A DNA stretch of 64,000 nucleotides from NCBI GenBank assembly GCA_964016885.1, contig CAXHJY010000292.1:1-64000 (forward strand). Direction: 5' to 3'. This stretch comes from Eledone cirrhosa (taxonomy: Eukaryota). The notes beneath the pieces were generated by a model. The model saw nothing but the letters and a program-made list of their open reading frames with translations. It did no database searches and had not been told where the DNA came from. Within the stretch, counting starts at the first letter, position 1; each line of letters begins with the position of its first letter. This document shows positions 13,857 to 28,900 of the stretch, in pieces. The position numbers and the translations under genes were made by a program.

Positions 13857-14512
13857 ATTGTTTCTACATTTGGCACAAGGCCAGCAATTTGAAAGGAAGG
13901 AGAAAGTTGATTAAATCGACTCCAGGCGTTATTGGTAATTTATTTTATTGACCCTGCAGGATGAGAGTCAAAGTTGACCTTGAAGAGATTGCCTTTCATC
14001 ATTCCATAGTTGATAAAATAATGTACCAGTAAAGTATTGGGGTCAATTTAATCGACTTTCCTCTCCCTCAAAATTGCTGGCCTTGTGCCTATATAAGAAA
14101 CCATTATTATTGTCGGTAGAGGGTTGGACGCCATGCTTTGACGCATAGAGTTACGGCCCTTTCCATTTTGAGTTCAAATCCCGCCGAGATTAACTTTATC
14201 TTTCATCTTACAGGGTCGATAAAATAAAGTACCAGTAATGCACTGGGTAATTGCTGGCCTTGTGCCAAAAGTAGAAACAATTATTATATATAGGACAGCA
14301 GATTAGCAGTAACAGTAGATTGTTGGATGACACGCTTTGCAGCATATAGTTACGGCGCTTTATGTTCTGAGTTCAAATCCCGGCAAGTTAGCTTTGGCTT
14401 TCAACCTTACAGGTTCATTGAAATCAAATACCAGTAACACACTAGGGTCGATTTAATTAATCAACTTTCCCCTCTCCCAAAATTGTTAGCCTTGTGCCTA
14501 GATCAAAAATCA
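13857..14512. mobile_element. SINE cluster: partial minus copy, partial plus copy, then a short+long plus pair (14112-14512)
   Basis: Four occurrences of the same SINE core. Confidence 0.82.
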
Positions 14513-15082
14513 TTATTTCCAATAATGATCATAATAATAACAACAACGAATAATACAACAATATTAATAAGGAGAAGGATTTCTTTTAATAATAAATGCA
14601 ATAAACAACAAACTATCAATAAGCAATAATGATGATGATGATGACGATAATGAATTTTATCTATTGCACTCTCTCCTTCAGAGTATAATATACAACATAC
14701 ATATCTCTCATATAGCTTATTAATTATATATGAATATATGAAATGGGTTTTTAGGCAAATTCAAAAGCAGATTTTTATTGCTAACACTGAATTAAAAACC
14801 ATTAAATAAAAATAAATTACTCTTTTTACTTTACAATTCCAAGTTTTAAAGAATGAATGAAAAAAAAATTTATTTATTTATTTAAGTTCGATTTCCATTG
14901 ATTTTACCTGGAAAAAAAAAATGTCTACAGAGTTCTAAAACAAATCTACAAAACCGTTTCTATACTTAGAGGAAACAATTATTTCTCAGAGTTCTAAGAG
15001 CTAGTAAAAAGTAAATAAATAGATATAATAAAAAGTACAAACGACAAAAACCCGACAAGAGAAACAAAAAATTCCATATCCT

Positions 15083-15133
<51 letters not shown>

Positions 15134-15596
15134 ATATGTATATACATAATATTAAAATGCTTTGATCGTTGTCAGGCTGTCACCAAACAGGTTTTTATCT
15201 TCTAGCACCATTTTTTTTTCTTTTATCACAAACCATACATTTTAGATGTTTTAATAATGATAGAAATATATAATTCTCAATCATAATTTAGCAGCCAGCT
15301 AATAATAATAATAACGAAGACAAAAGCAACAATAAAAATGATAATGATGATGTTGATAATGACTGCTACGGTGATGAAGATGACGAGGAGGAGAGTGTGT
15401 ACAGTTGATGGTGATGGTTTGGGGTGATATTGATAGGAAATATGGTAGCGGTAAATGATGGGGGGGGGGGGTCATGATGGGAGTGGTGGTGATGATCATA
15501 GTAAATAACAACAGAAATAATAAGTCATGAGGTTATATGATACGATGATTTGCTATTGACATTGAAATTAAATCTAGCAGAGAGAGACTGTGAGAG

Positions 15597-15712
15597 AGAG
15601 GGTGGGGGGGTTAGAGAGTGGGGGGGTTAGAGAGTGTGGGGGGGGGGTTAGAGAGTGGAGGGGGTTAGAGAGTGGGGGGTAGAGAGTGGAGGGAGGGGAG
15701 GGAGAGAGAGGG

Positions 15713-15766
<54 letters not shown>
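15597..15766 (+). repeat. G-rich minisatellite (Gn-TTAGAGAGT, ~5 units) followed by (GA)n
   Basis: Read directly from the sequence. Confidence 0.9.
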
Positions 15767-15770
<4 letters not shown>

Positions 15771-16047
15771 AAAAAATTATCCTCACGACCACCCCTAAAA
15801 AAACATTTAAAAAATTCAGACAAATATCTATATAAATAAATATGGCAAGAACTGGAGCTGAGACAAGTTAGTGAATGGAATAGCTGGAAGTTAAACAAGA
15901 TTCTCACATCTCTTCCTTCTAGCTAGTATATGGGTTTGTGATTTGTGTAATATGGATGGTTATGTGTCTATATGTGTATATATATATATGTGTTTGTATG
16001 TATATGGTTATAGGTTGATGTTGAAGTGTGAATTTATGTTTAAGTGT

Positions 16048-16520
16048 GTATGATTCTGCATTGATGTGTGTGTGTTTCTCTTTATATGTATATAGTTCTG
16101 AGTTGAAGTATGTGTATGTATTTATATGTGTATGGTTCTGCATTAATGTGTGTGTGTTTCTCTTTATATGTGTATGGTTCTGGGTTGAAAAGTATGTGTG
16201 TATGTATTTATATGTATATGGTTCTGCATTAATGTTTGTGTGTTTCTCTTTATATGTGTATGGTTCTGGGTTGAAAAGTATGTGTGTATATGTTTATATG
16301 TGTATGGTTCTGCATTAATGTTTGTGTGTGTGTGTGTGTGTTTCTCTTCATATGTGTATAGTTCTGGGTTGAAGTGTATGGGTATGTGTTTATATGTGTG
16401 TGATACTGTGTTGATATATGTATATATGTGTGTTTGGATATGTATGATTCTGAGTTGATGTATGTGTGTGTGTGTGTGTGTGCATGCATTTATATGTGTG
16501 CAGTTCTGAGTTTGATGCTC
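16048..16520 (+). repeat. Minisatellite with a ~78-bp unit made of two alternating ~40-bp subunits
   Basis: Alternating gtatggttctgcattaatg... and gtatggttctgggttgaa... blocks. Confidence 0.85.
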
Positions 16521-16637
16521 ATGTGTATTTATATGTGCATGTCACTTGGTTGATGTATATGTTTATATTACATTTAATTTATTATGTGCGTGTGTTTACA
16601 TGTTCATGACACTTCGTTGATGTTTGTAAGTTTGTTT

Positions 16638-16695
<58 letters not shown>

Positions 16696-17869
16696 GACAT
16701 GCTCCATGCATGTTTTTATGTGTATATAACATAGTTGATGTATATATATTTGTTTATATATTTATGTCACAGAGTTTATATATATATATTTGTTTATGCA
16801 TGTATGTGACAGAGCTGATGTCTATATGTGTTTATATATGCATGGCACATAGTTGATAAGATGGAGGTTTGGCAGAGTCATTAAAACATCGGATATTTTT
16901 GGTATTTGTTTTGTTACTCTATGCTTTAAATTCATCCTTTCGTGGTTGATAAAAAAAGTACTCAGGGTATATTCTTCTACTATATAACTTTCTCACTTCC
17001 TTTCTCATACTCCCTCCTAATTTGGAAGAAATCAGCTGTGTTTATACCTGGAAATGGATGGGTTACTGCAGGTTTAAATGCTCCTATAGCCCAATAAGAT
17101 TTAGAGGTGCATACATACACACAAAGTTGACATCATTTGGACCTTGGGTGCCTCTAACAGCATCCATCCTGTTGGAAGTATTGAACAAGACCTCTCGTTT
17201 GAGCATACCATATCCTGCCTCTCCACTAGTTTTGAAGGCCTCTAAAAAGGGTTATGGGTAATTATTCTAACCTCCTGAATAAGCAATAAAAAAAATGTGC
17301 TTGAGAAAGAGAGAGAGAGACAGAGAGACAGAGAGTGTGTGTGTGTTTATGTTCTTTGTTCCTTTTATTGGCATCAGTCATTTGACTATGACCATGCTTG
17401 AGTCATCAGCTTCAAAGGTTTTAGTCAATCATATCAACCTCAATACCTATTATGTCTAAGCAATCTCTTTTTAGTGAACAGCCAAGCCACAGAGACTTAA
17501 AGGAGCAAATATAAACAACACAGGTTTTCACACTGGTATGAATATTAAGCTGGATGCAAATACACAAATGGATATATGAAGACTTATTAAAAAGTACAAT
17601 AGTTGCAGAAATAATCAAATCCTAGTGCAACTGGAGGGTGTTAATATATTTAGTACAGGAAGAATAAAAAATATCTAAACTAGATATAACTTTTTAGAAA
17701 AACAAAATAGTGAATTACTAATATTTCTTGTCGTCACCTAGCTATTTAAAAACACATAAAAACATATATCTAGGAGAAACAATTGACAAGATCCCAGACC
17801 TCACTCACTTACTGATTGGAGTAGAACTTGTCAAAGCAGACCAAGGAAACAATATTTCCATTGTTCTTT

Positions 17870-17998
17870 CCATTGCTGATACTATCTACTAGTTGCAACT
17901 CCTGGCAGAAAGAGCAACATGAAATAAAGTGTCTAGGAATTGAACTCACAACCTCACAATTGCGAATCCAATTCTCTAACCACTGAGCCAAACACCTT
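17870..17998 (-). mobile_element. tRNA-derived SINE 5' part, related to 7131
   Basis: Minus strand tggctcagtggttagag...gagttcaattcc...gacactttatttca. Confidence 0.7.
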
Positions 17999-19518
17999 CT
18001 CTGTTAAATTTACTATGTATTTATGATCAAGAAATGTGTGTTTTAAAATGACAAAACTTCCTCTTTCACACTAATTATTTTGTTTTAACACATAGTCTCA
18101 GATCAAGTCACTCGCCAGACAAGTAAAATTCCTAACATTTCATAATTTGTGAATTTTTCCTTCAATATTTTGAAACAACTCCAGACATGTTTTTGTCTTT
18201 ACCTAGCGTTATCTACCTTTATCTGGCCATCTTCTAGCTTGCTGAATTAGTAGTCAATGAATCCCTAGGTGATTTACATCAATATATATATGCTAGTATG
18301 AAAAAATACAATTGTTGCTGTGAATTCTGGGAGACAATCAGCAACAACAAACTGCCATAATATTCTCATTTAATTATCAGCGATACATGAACACAGATGT
18401 TTTTCTTCTAAAAACAATTAATATATATTTAGCTGTTAGTTTAATTATATTTGTTTTTCCAGTTTCTGCAAAATGTGATAGAAATGTAGAGGATAGGGAT
18501 AAAAAGATGCCATCTTTCTAATGATCTTAAGATTCCACTGAGTTTTCAGCTCACTCCCCCACATAACAGCTACAGAAACAAACAACAAAGAATTAGAATT
18601 CTCTTCCCCTACTAATACACTCTACTAGCATCGGTTATGGAATATTTTCATTACTCATATCCAGAATTTAACAGCTCTTTTTGTCACTGAAATTCTCCAA
18701 GAAATTATCATCATTATTATCATTTTATGTCTTTGCTCAAGCTGGTATAGGTCAGTCAATCATGTCTTGCTCATAAATTAAATTTTTGTCATTTCTACAG
18801 CTGAATAACAATACTGACATCAACCACCTTACAGAGTGTACTGGGTGTATTATCATGACCCCAGCGCTATCATTTATCAATTGTACTGGGTGTATTTTAT
18901 CATGTTACCAGTATTGCATTCATTAAATTAATTTTCTATAGAAAATACGATTGGTGCTAACCTAAGTTGTTATTATTGTTTAGTTCCAGGTTATACCTAA
19001 CAGAGACTATATGATCACAAGCATTCAAACTATGATTATCATGTTTTTTTTTTTTTCAAGCAATATGCATCTAGAACCACATTTTCTAATGAGCTCTTCT
19101 CTTTTTAAAGCAATAGGGGTGTGATTTGAGAGAGATTTGACCATATATAGCCCCCTCCCCCATCCCCCTACAACACACCTCTTCCACACATGTTGATCTA
19201 AGTAGATCTCAATTGTCGCTTGTTTTATTAAATCACAGCTGAAGTTCTACTCAGCCACATAGGAAAGTGTTCTTTAATCCTTTTGTTACCAAACTGCCTC
19301 AAACCACCCATGTTTTTCTGATAGGAAACTATATATTTTTAAGTGTTTATATTTATCTAAACACTTTCTAACATGATTTTAAGCAAAAAACCTTTGTTAT
19401 GTTCCAAACACCATCTTAACAACGAGAATGTTTATTATATCATTAAATCACTCAAAATTCATTATTATTTTAAAATTATAGGCAGTGTTTTTCATTAAAA
19501 ATAAACCCAAAAAATTCT

Positions 19519-19720
19519 TTAACCCTTTAGCATTTACATTACTCTATATTTACTACTGTATTTTCACAGTAAATGCTTTACCTCACATAATATCGAATCT
19601 ACAAGATTTTGATATTATTTATCAAACAATACCTTAACATAAGTATGAGCAGCCACTTATGGCAGAAAGAGGTGAGAGAATTCTGGCCGGATACAGCCGG
19701 TTTAAATACTAAAGTGTTAA
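19519..19720. mobile_element. piggyBac-like MITE with TTAA flanks
   Basis: TTAA-ccctttagcattta ... taaatactaaagtg-TTAA. Confidence 0.7.
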
Positions 19721-20798
19721 GAGAAGGACACTGGGACTACAATCCTAATGCATAGCAGATAATTCTTCAGAAACTTATGTCACAGTATGGGTGAAAAGGT
19801 CAAAGATGCTAGAAGAAAGAATTGAAAAATGTAACATATTGACCAAACACTTTCATAAGGACTCTTTGTACATTGAAATTGTGAAGAAAATGTAGTAAAA
19901 GACAATACTCCTTTGTTTAACTAATAAACTATAATATGTATATATTGCATCTCTGACAGTTCTGATGACAAGTGTTCCAGTCAATTAACAGAACAACCTG
20001 CTCATGAAATTAACATGCAAGTGGCTGAGCATTCCACAAACATGTTTATCCCTCCAAATTCTAGACATTTATTTGAAAATCGTGTCTTTCACGAGAAATC
20101 TGGTAATGAAAGAGGTAAAGATATAATATAGAAATATTTAGTTTCAAAGATAGCTGTGTTAGAGATATTATGTATCAGAGATGACAATCGATATCAAATC
20201 ACATCTAAACAAACTTCAATTTCAAAGCTGGAATATTTTTAGTTTGCTTCATTAAATTTCTCTAATTCATTAGCTTCGTCTAATTGCTATTTGTTTCAAG
20301 TTTAAATTAAACACACCCTGTTAAAAACTATCCCAGTTGTATTCCGCAGAAACAAACAATACTCTACATCTGTATTTAGCAAATCTATGAGTGTGTGTGT
20401 GTGCACGTGCATTTGTAAACTTTCAGAACAACACTACTATATATATAATGAGAAATAAAAGGTTGTATATGAAAATGTCCAATTGAGATGCTAAAGCAAG
20501 ATTCTGAACTTTTATAGTCTTACAGTTATATGTTAAAACTTCATTCTTCAATAATTTCCTGTAATGAATTGTGTAACATTTAATAAAAGATACTTCTAAC
20601 GAGATCATGATTTCATTAGTTATAAAGACGACCAGAGTTCTTAAAATGATTTCTTCAAACAATCAGTTTGTTCTGTTAGAAAATATCCTCAACAAACAAA
20701 GATATTTTTGTCAAAAGAATTATTCTATTTGTGATCAACATAAATTAATAAATTAGATATGATACCAAAAGAAAATATATACATACATATATACTCAT

Positions 20799-20834
<36 letters not shown>

Positions 20835-20853
20835 GCACATAAATACACACATA

Positions 20854-20899
<46 letters not shown>

Positions 20900-20951
20900 T
20901 ACACACACACACACATATATAGCTGTCAAAACGGCTGGTCCTGAATCTTTT

Positions 20952-20988
<37 letters not shown>

Positions 20989-22422
20989 TGTTTACAAGAG
21001 TTTGAATTTACAAAGAGACATCAGATGTCTTTGTTTCGTTTTTTCAACAGAAACTGTAACACATTGTAAATTAATTTAATTTCAATATTTTACAATATTA
21101 TTCACCAATGACAATGCATTAAATATTTTAATAAAATATTTAAACACTTGATTTCTTAATGTTTTCTATATATTAGGGAGAATTAGTGGAAATCAACTAC
21201 AATCATAACCCTGTCATTACGATATTTCAAATGAACAACTCTGCTTAAGATTTTCAAATAATTTTGAAAAAAAAAAAAAAAAAAAAAAAAATCAAGATTT
21301 TGGAGGGACTTAGTAAGATAACTGATTTTCTAATTATTATGCTGGTGTTTGGAACATAAAGACTCTCATATAAAAGTAAGATGGAAGGTTTTTAGATAAA
21401 TATAACACGTGAAAACAAACAGTTTCCTGTAATAGAGCCAGTAGTATTTTGGTATCTTTGGGTTAAATCTGCCATCATAATTTTTGTAAGAAAATTTGTT
21501 AAGTTTTAAACACCAAAAATAATGAGAAACTTATATTGCTAAATCTCACTAAATTCTCATTTTAAAAATTATTTGAAAATCATTGCGACCCATTAGAATT
21601 TATGGTAGGTAGTGAAAGGGTTAAAGATATTTTATATAAAACGAAATGACAATGAATCAGTCATAAAGAGAGGAGTACAAGGAGTATGTGTCACACACTA
21701 CTAAATATGTTTGATGTTTAATTGATATAAAGGCCTTAAAACTATGTGATTATGACTTTTAAGTGTTTTTATAAGTGTATTTAAAGTGTTTTGAAGTTTA
21801 GTATAAGTGTATTAAATCAAGTGAAGAACATAAGAGCATGCAGTTGATAAAATTTAAATGTTTTGACAGCAAATTGCTTTGGCTGTTTTCTGATGAAAGA
21901 AATTAATTCCATCAGCATCAATATCCTCGTTTTTTGTGTCTGGTTTTCCAGATTATCATTAGTTGGATGAAATTTGTTTTCAGGCAAAATTCTAAGGCAT
22001 GATGCTTGTCCTGATGTCTACCTTCATTTGCCTTGTTATAAATAAGCTATAGATCTTTCCATATCTAATCACTGAACTGTGGGATTTATGTTTATGTCAA
22101 ACATAAATAGCTATTACTGCCTGCACTAGTGATACTAATGAGATTCACAGAAACTAAGACAATCAAACAGAGAGAGAGAGAGAGTCTTGGCTGCTGCAGT
22201 GAAACTGCTTGGCACCATGCTTGCGATTTTATATATCTCTATACTCCCTCTGCATCTCCCCATGTATTCAATACTTCCATGATTAGAGGTTTCCTCGGTC
22301 TCAGTACCACAGTACCTTTCTCTCTAATATATATATATATATATATATATAACGAAGGAATTGTGGTAAGGAACCAGATGGACCATAACGTACCAGAGTA
22401 CTCAATACTATATATATATATA

Positions 22423-22760
22423 ATCATCATCACCATCATCATCATCATAATTTTACGTCCTCTTTTCCCTGCTTGCAAGGGTGGGACGGGTCCTATTCAG
22501 CACAGCATCTCTTCCCTTGTCACGGTCCTTCGTCATCTCCACCGTGAGCTTCAGCGATCTGAGGTTTGCTCTCACCACCTCCGCCCATGTTTTTCGTGGT
22601 CTTCCTCTACTACGTCTTCCTTCAACTGGCATTTCTTGGCACTTCTTCACCCAGCGGTCATCCTCCATGCGCATCACATGTCCATACCATCGCAGTCTCC
22701 TCTCCCGCACACAACAATTTATCCCTCTCAGACACAGTTTCTCTCTCAACACATCGGAGC
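22423..22760 (-). mobile_element. RTE LINE 3' end (subfamily A3)
   Basis: [44 protein letters not shown] immediately followed by (ATG)n. Confidence 0.9.
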
Positions 22761-24899
22761 GAGAGAGAGAGAGGGTAGATAAGGTATTGTTTATGTATAT
22801 CAGGAATGAATGCATAGTGAATATGACATAGTGAATAGTCACTTCCATAATTATAAGCTTTCTGATGAAAGTGTGATAAATAATTAAGTATTACCTATGA
22901 TTGAACAATGTATATTGTAATCAGCATATGTAGACAATTATAATAGATACAGAAACATATATCAAAGCAAATAAATTCCTAATCTCAATTTTCGCCGATG
23001 TTTATATTTTTCTTGGTGCAATACTTGCTTATATATATATATGTATGTGTATGCTTTAGTTTGTTTGTCACAGGTCTTTTTGTGGTGGGAAATTAAAAAA
23101 ACAGAGCAAAGCATCAATGATAAACTTTAAAAAAAAAAAATGAATTGTTCCTCTCATTTTTTTAATAATGTCACTTTGATGAATCAAAGAAGGGAAAAAG
23201 AGAAAAACAGATCCTTAAATATATTTTCCGTGCTATTTCTAATTCCACGTTTTCTCTATAACTCCTGTGTTATCTCTTGTTTGTGTCCCGATTACCTTCT
23301 AACACTTCGTTTTCAGTAACCACACAGCCTCGCCTCCTAACCCATATTTTTGTATATATATATATAATATTTATATATATATAGTAGTCCTACCCATGCC
23401 AGCATAGAAAATGGACGTTAAACAATGATGATGATGATATAATAATAATACTGAAACAAGGCTATCAATTAGGGTCAATACACCTTTGATTGTCTTCCTA
23501 TATATATATATTTATCTATTTATAATTACAGGCCTCTGCACAGTTTATGTCTACCAAACTTTATTCATGAGGTAAGAGTAGAAAACACCTACCCAAACCA
23601 TGTGGAAGCAAAGTGGACTTTTTCACCACACAGCCACGTCTGCACCTAATGAGAAATGAAACTGAAAGGTTCAGAAAATATTCCAGTAATACAAAGAACC
23701 ACTTGATTCCTAAAGAGTAAATCACTAATATAGATGAAGAACCATGGGAGTGCTTCATTAGATCTTCATCCTATATATTATGTCTAATTTAGCCAATTCC
23801 TAGCTGTATCATCTACCTTTCGGCTACAGACTTTACCAAAGTAATTAATCAAAGATCAATAAAGCCTCCTGGTTATATTCATTACGTCAGCTTTCTAACT
23901 ATTAACTCGAGTTAATCAATGATGGACCCAGAAGTAGAATCTTGTTATAGAAAGAAATGCCTTGCTTACCAGCATTATAGAGAGAGAGAGAGAGAATGTC
24001 TCAACAGTATTTTTTATCAGTCTCTTTCTTATATATATATATATATATATATACATATTGTTATCTAAAGTGTTTTTTATAAAATATCATTTTCATTACA
24101 TTGTAATATTTATCCTTACTGGTTATACTACTCTCTCACCCACCTACCTACTGTCATGATTTACTTTCACTCTTTGATTTTCTAACAAATTATTTTATCT
24201 ATTATCACTGGCTTCTGTAACACATCTCCCATCATCAAAATCATCATTGTCACAACATCACTACCACCATCACCATCGTTTTCACCATCACCCATCAGCA
24301 TGAACATTGCCATCATCATAATCACCACCAACATTTATCATCATTATCATGATCATTGTTAATTTCTGACTGCTTCCTTGCAGCTTTAATACAGTTCCTA
24401 TCAACAATGTTTCTATGTGGACTCACACACACCTACAAAAATATAGAACCCACTAAAATACCATTTATTCAGGCCTTAGGATGTTTTAAACACCTGAAAG
24501 CAAACAGTTGGTATATTAATTGATTTTATTTACTGCCTCTCTAACACCTCTGAAAAGGACTTTACTCAAAATATATCAAGACCAATTACATATGTCTAAG
24601 GTAACATTTCAATATCTTTGTTATTATTATTTAATGTTCCATTTTTTTCAAGTCTTGTGTAAAATCTGGCAGTCAGTGTGGACAGATGATGTTCCTTTTG
24701 CATTACTATAATCTACACACACAAAAATTTTTTTTACTATCACATCGTCATGATTTCTAACAAATTATTTCATCTATTAACTGGAATCTTTAACACAACT
24801 ACTATCATTATCTACACTATCGTCACCAACATCACTACCACCCCTATCATCATTATTATTATTGTTGTTTTCACCATCAGCACCCACCAACACCACCAT

Positions 24900-25900
24900 C
24901 ATTATCATCATTGTCACGGTGAGATTTACTTTAAATGTGTTAATTAAAGGAGGAAGAATAATGCTCAGACCAGTGAAATTGATGCAGTTGATCTTCAATT
25001 TAAACATCTGTAGGTTAATGATTGCCGATGTGTGGATGGAAATGGAATTTCAAAGGGTTGTATAGATAGGGAAGAAGAAGTGGGAAAAGTCTTTAGTGAG
25101 AGAAAGTAACGGTTTCTGATCTAGGCACAAGGCCAACAATTTGATTCCAGTGCATTACTGGTACTTGCTTTTATTTACCCTGTAAGGATGAAAGGCAAAA
25201 CTAACCTCAGCAAGATTTGAACTCAGAACGCAAAGGGACGTAACTATATGCCACAAAGTATGTCTGGCGCTCTACCACTACTGTCAATCCACCACCCTTA
25301 GAGAAAGAAAGAATAATTACATGAGGAGAGATAAATTGAATGAAGTATTCCTGAGTAAAGAAGGTATACAGATAGCTAGTTTCAAAGAGCAGAGGTCACT
25401 CTAGGGACAATAGAAGTGACAAAGAGAAGAAACAATGTATCTATGAGTTAGAGGTTGTTGCATGTTGCTGAGTGAATCATTGACAATCAGTCAAATGACG
25501 TTTTAGATGCTGCTCAACATACTTGAATGTCTATGGTAGCAGCAACACCCCAGATGTGAGCTCATTGGAGTTTTGTAGAATGCAAGAAATTGGTCAACAT
25601 TAAAGAATCCTCATATGGCAAGTCTTTGTAATAAGATTTTGACAATAAGTGAAGCCACTTTAAGAGATCATCACATATTGTAAGTCACAGCATATGTAGT
25701 GACTTTGAGGATTTTAGTCATGTTTCATTAGAATGTAGAATGTGTTCAGTCCAAGGTTTTTTCTTTGAAATAATTATATCGTAGACTTGAGGCTTCTGTT
25801 CAAAAAAGTAGTATATGTTTGGCTTGAAGTATCTTCTATGTTATTTTCTTTTTGCCATATTGGACTTAATGATTTACATTCTTTACTTCTTAACCTTGTT
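24900..25900 (-). mobile_element. Highly degenerate CR1/jockey-group LINE 3' remnant interrupted by a SINE (25108-25298, minus)
   Basis: Decayed QPL.HR..VSSLC- and FFP...L.NS..INLQMFK-like translations; agagaaag occurs on both sides of the SINE. Confidence 0.45.
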
Positions 25901-28900
25901 GTGATTGTATTTTTAATGAGGTACTTTCTATTTCAATTAATTAATGAATAATTAGGAGGGATTAACTAAAAGTATTAATTATTTCATTAATAAAAAAGTA
26001 AATGAAGATATGGTTGTTATATAAAATTATCTTGAAAGTTTAATTTAAATAGGAAGCCTTTAAAATGGATGGTTTTGTTTCGTAAAACCAGAACCAGTTA
26101 ATTACCGTTTTTACTAATGGTGTAGTTAATTTGGAAGATAACTCCTTCAATAAATAAATGATAAAGTAAACATCAACATAGCCAAACACTACTTATCACT
26201 CCCTATCTATTTGTCAGTATTTTGAAAATTTCCCCTTATAGATTGTTGTATTATGGCAGAAATGTACATTTCTTTACTAAAAATTGCCATAGGGTAAACC
26301 AGGACATTTGGAAGCCCTGTCTTGGTAGGGAAAGAGGAAAGGTTTGGAAGAAGCTTATAACAACAAAGTTAGAGAGTTTATCTGCTCACTGTCACAAGAG
26401 ATTAGTCAGGCAGTTTAGTACAGAATGTGGGATGTAGTAGTGAGTGATGGACTGACAGGTGTAGCTTGTCTTTTGGCACATCGTAGAGGAGGCTAAAACT
26501 ACTGGAATTAGGGAGCAGGGAGAGAAAATGAAACATTGGTAGCAAATGATAGCAAAAACATAATAATGATAATAATTGGACATGGTTAATGGCAGATTTT
26601 TTGGAAGTTTTTATCTTTCTAATAATTTATTTAACTATTGAATTATTTTCTTTCTATCAAGAGCTTCAGCATCCTTCTTTCCTCCTTCCAAATCAACCTT
26701 GTAATTGACATACATCTGTTAGTACTGACTTCTCCTTATCTAAACTACAGTCTAATCTTTCTGCAGACTTCACTAACACACAAGCCACACAGCTATCAAT
26801 ACTTTATTGCAATCTCTCAAAACAGGCAGCCCACTCCACCTGTTCTGGGGTAACAATCTGAGGCCCATTCACTTTCCATGAACAATTTATTTTATTTTAT
26901 TTATTTATTTATTTATTTATTTTTGTTTATCTTCATCACATATGGCTATAAAGCCTCTGAAACTTGTTTTCTTTTTTTCTGCAAGATGATAGTTAATGTC
27001 ACAGTGAAACGTGCTGTTTCCATGAGGGGAAGATAGAAACTATTGCAGAGTTTAGTTACAGCTTTATCAATAGGAAGCCAGGAGAGAAAGAGAGAGAAAG
27101 AAGCAGAAATCCACTATTATCATCATTTTATTTTATTTTATTTTTCAATACTAGCATATATTGGGCAAAACATTTTGGAGGCAGTATTGAATGGTTGGAT
27201 ATCCCTCTGGATGCCAACCCATACTTTTTAAATAAGGTATTGATTGTTGCACATTGGACTGTTAGATTCTTGTTTATGTGGGATTTAAGCAATCATAACT
27301 GCTGCAACAAATGTAAAACAAAAACCCCATGCATACACACACATACACACACATATATATATATATATACACACACACATATATAAATACACACACACAC
27401 ATGTATACACACACACACATATATACATACATACATACATATACACCCACCCACACACACCTACTTGTGCGTGTGTGTATGGTTTCATACATGTATTCTG
27501 AAGTAGAGAGAGGCAATACTCTGTGGATTGGAGGCAGATTCCTAATTTTACTGCCAATCCAATCAAAAATACAAAAACTATATAGGACACCTGCGTGAAA
27601 CCATAGTACAGATTTATTTATATGGATATCCACATACACACACAGGGGAATCTACACACGCTACGAAGTGCCTATAGAGTATATACTTAAGTGTTTATGA
27701 ATGTAACCATTCACACACAAATGCATTTTTATATACACGTATATCTATCTGTCTATCTCCTCCCTCTCTCTCTGTACATATACATATATATATATATATA
27801 TATACACTCACACATATACATATCTAGTAGGGAAAACGGATATTAAACAATGATGATGATGATGCTTGTATATTTTATATGGGGGTATGGGTGTATATAA
27901 GTGTATTTGTATGTATCTATGTATGCATTATATATAATAAACTAATTCTCAAATTCTCAAGACAATGAAAAGGAACTAGCAGGCACAGGCATGGCATATG
28001 AATATAATTTATCTTCCAATTTTATTCATATTTCTTCACTTTTATTTCATTTACATCATCTCATTCTCTCTCTGGCTAATTACCTCCATTAAAACATTAC
28101 CACATGTTGCATGCGCTATATAGAGTACATGCAAAATTGGGGAAAAAACCTAAACATTTCTTAAGATTCTTTTCGCTTTTAAACAAACATGATTGTATTT
28201 AGGAAACATAAATAGAACAGTCTCGAATATGGTTTTAATAATTCTTGAGAAATAACTATTAACTATTCAAATTTATCAAGGATAAACATGCAGCTTTTCA
28301 AAGAGTGTCATGAATAATAATATAACCACTTTTCTTCTTAAATAAAATATAAATGAAAACTTTAATAAATTAGAAAGAACGCAACTTAGGAATAGAATTT
28401 TTATATATATCAATATTGATCTAGTCTTTGCTAACATGGAAAAGAAAAAAACTGACATCGATTAGTGATCAATCATGATTATTTAATTAGCGATTAGTTC
28501 GTTTATTTAATGAGGAGACACTCTCAATACTGAATCACACTATGCCAGCTAGCAAAGTAAGAGTTGCATTTGTTTTTGTTGTTTTTCTGGCAGAGGAGAT
28601 CAAGTTGAAGTGAAATTAATCTTCTGTTTACTATGGATATTATATATTAAATTTCAAAGTTTCTCTTATTAGACATGCTGTGTGATTTAGAAGCATGCCT
28701 CACAATCACATACGTTTTAAGTCTGGCCCCTCTGCATTCCTTTTTTGTGAAGTGTTTTCTTTGGTTGATGGAAACTGTAAAGATGACTGTTGTATATAAT
28801 ATGCATGTGAGAGTGTGTATGAGAGAAAGGAGTGTCATATTGACACTGCTTAAAATGCAAATAGGCACACTTGTTTTGTCCCCCAGAAACAATGTTTCAC

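Noticed and set aside
11161-14512. CRISPR-like repeat array
   Set aside because: Eukaryotic SINE copies of about 200 bp, irregularly spaced, with no cas genes.
19960-20030. CTGATGA...GAAA hammerhead-like spacing
   Set aside because: No stem III/UH or stem I can be formed.
21888-22880. Further ctgatga occurrences (~21891, ~22862)
   Set aside because: No compatible stems.
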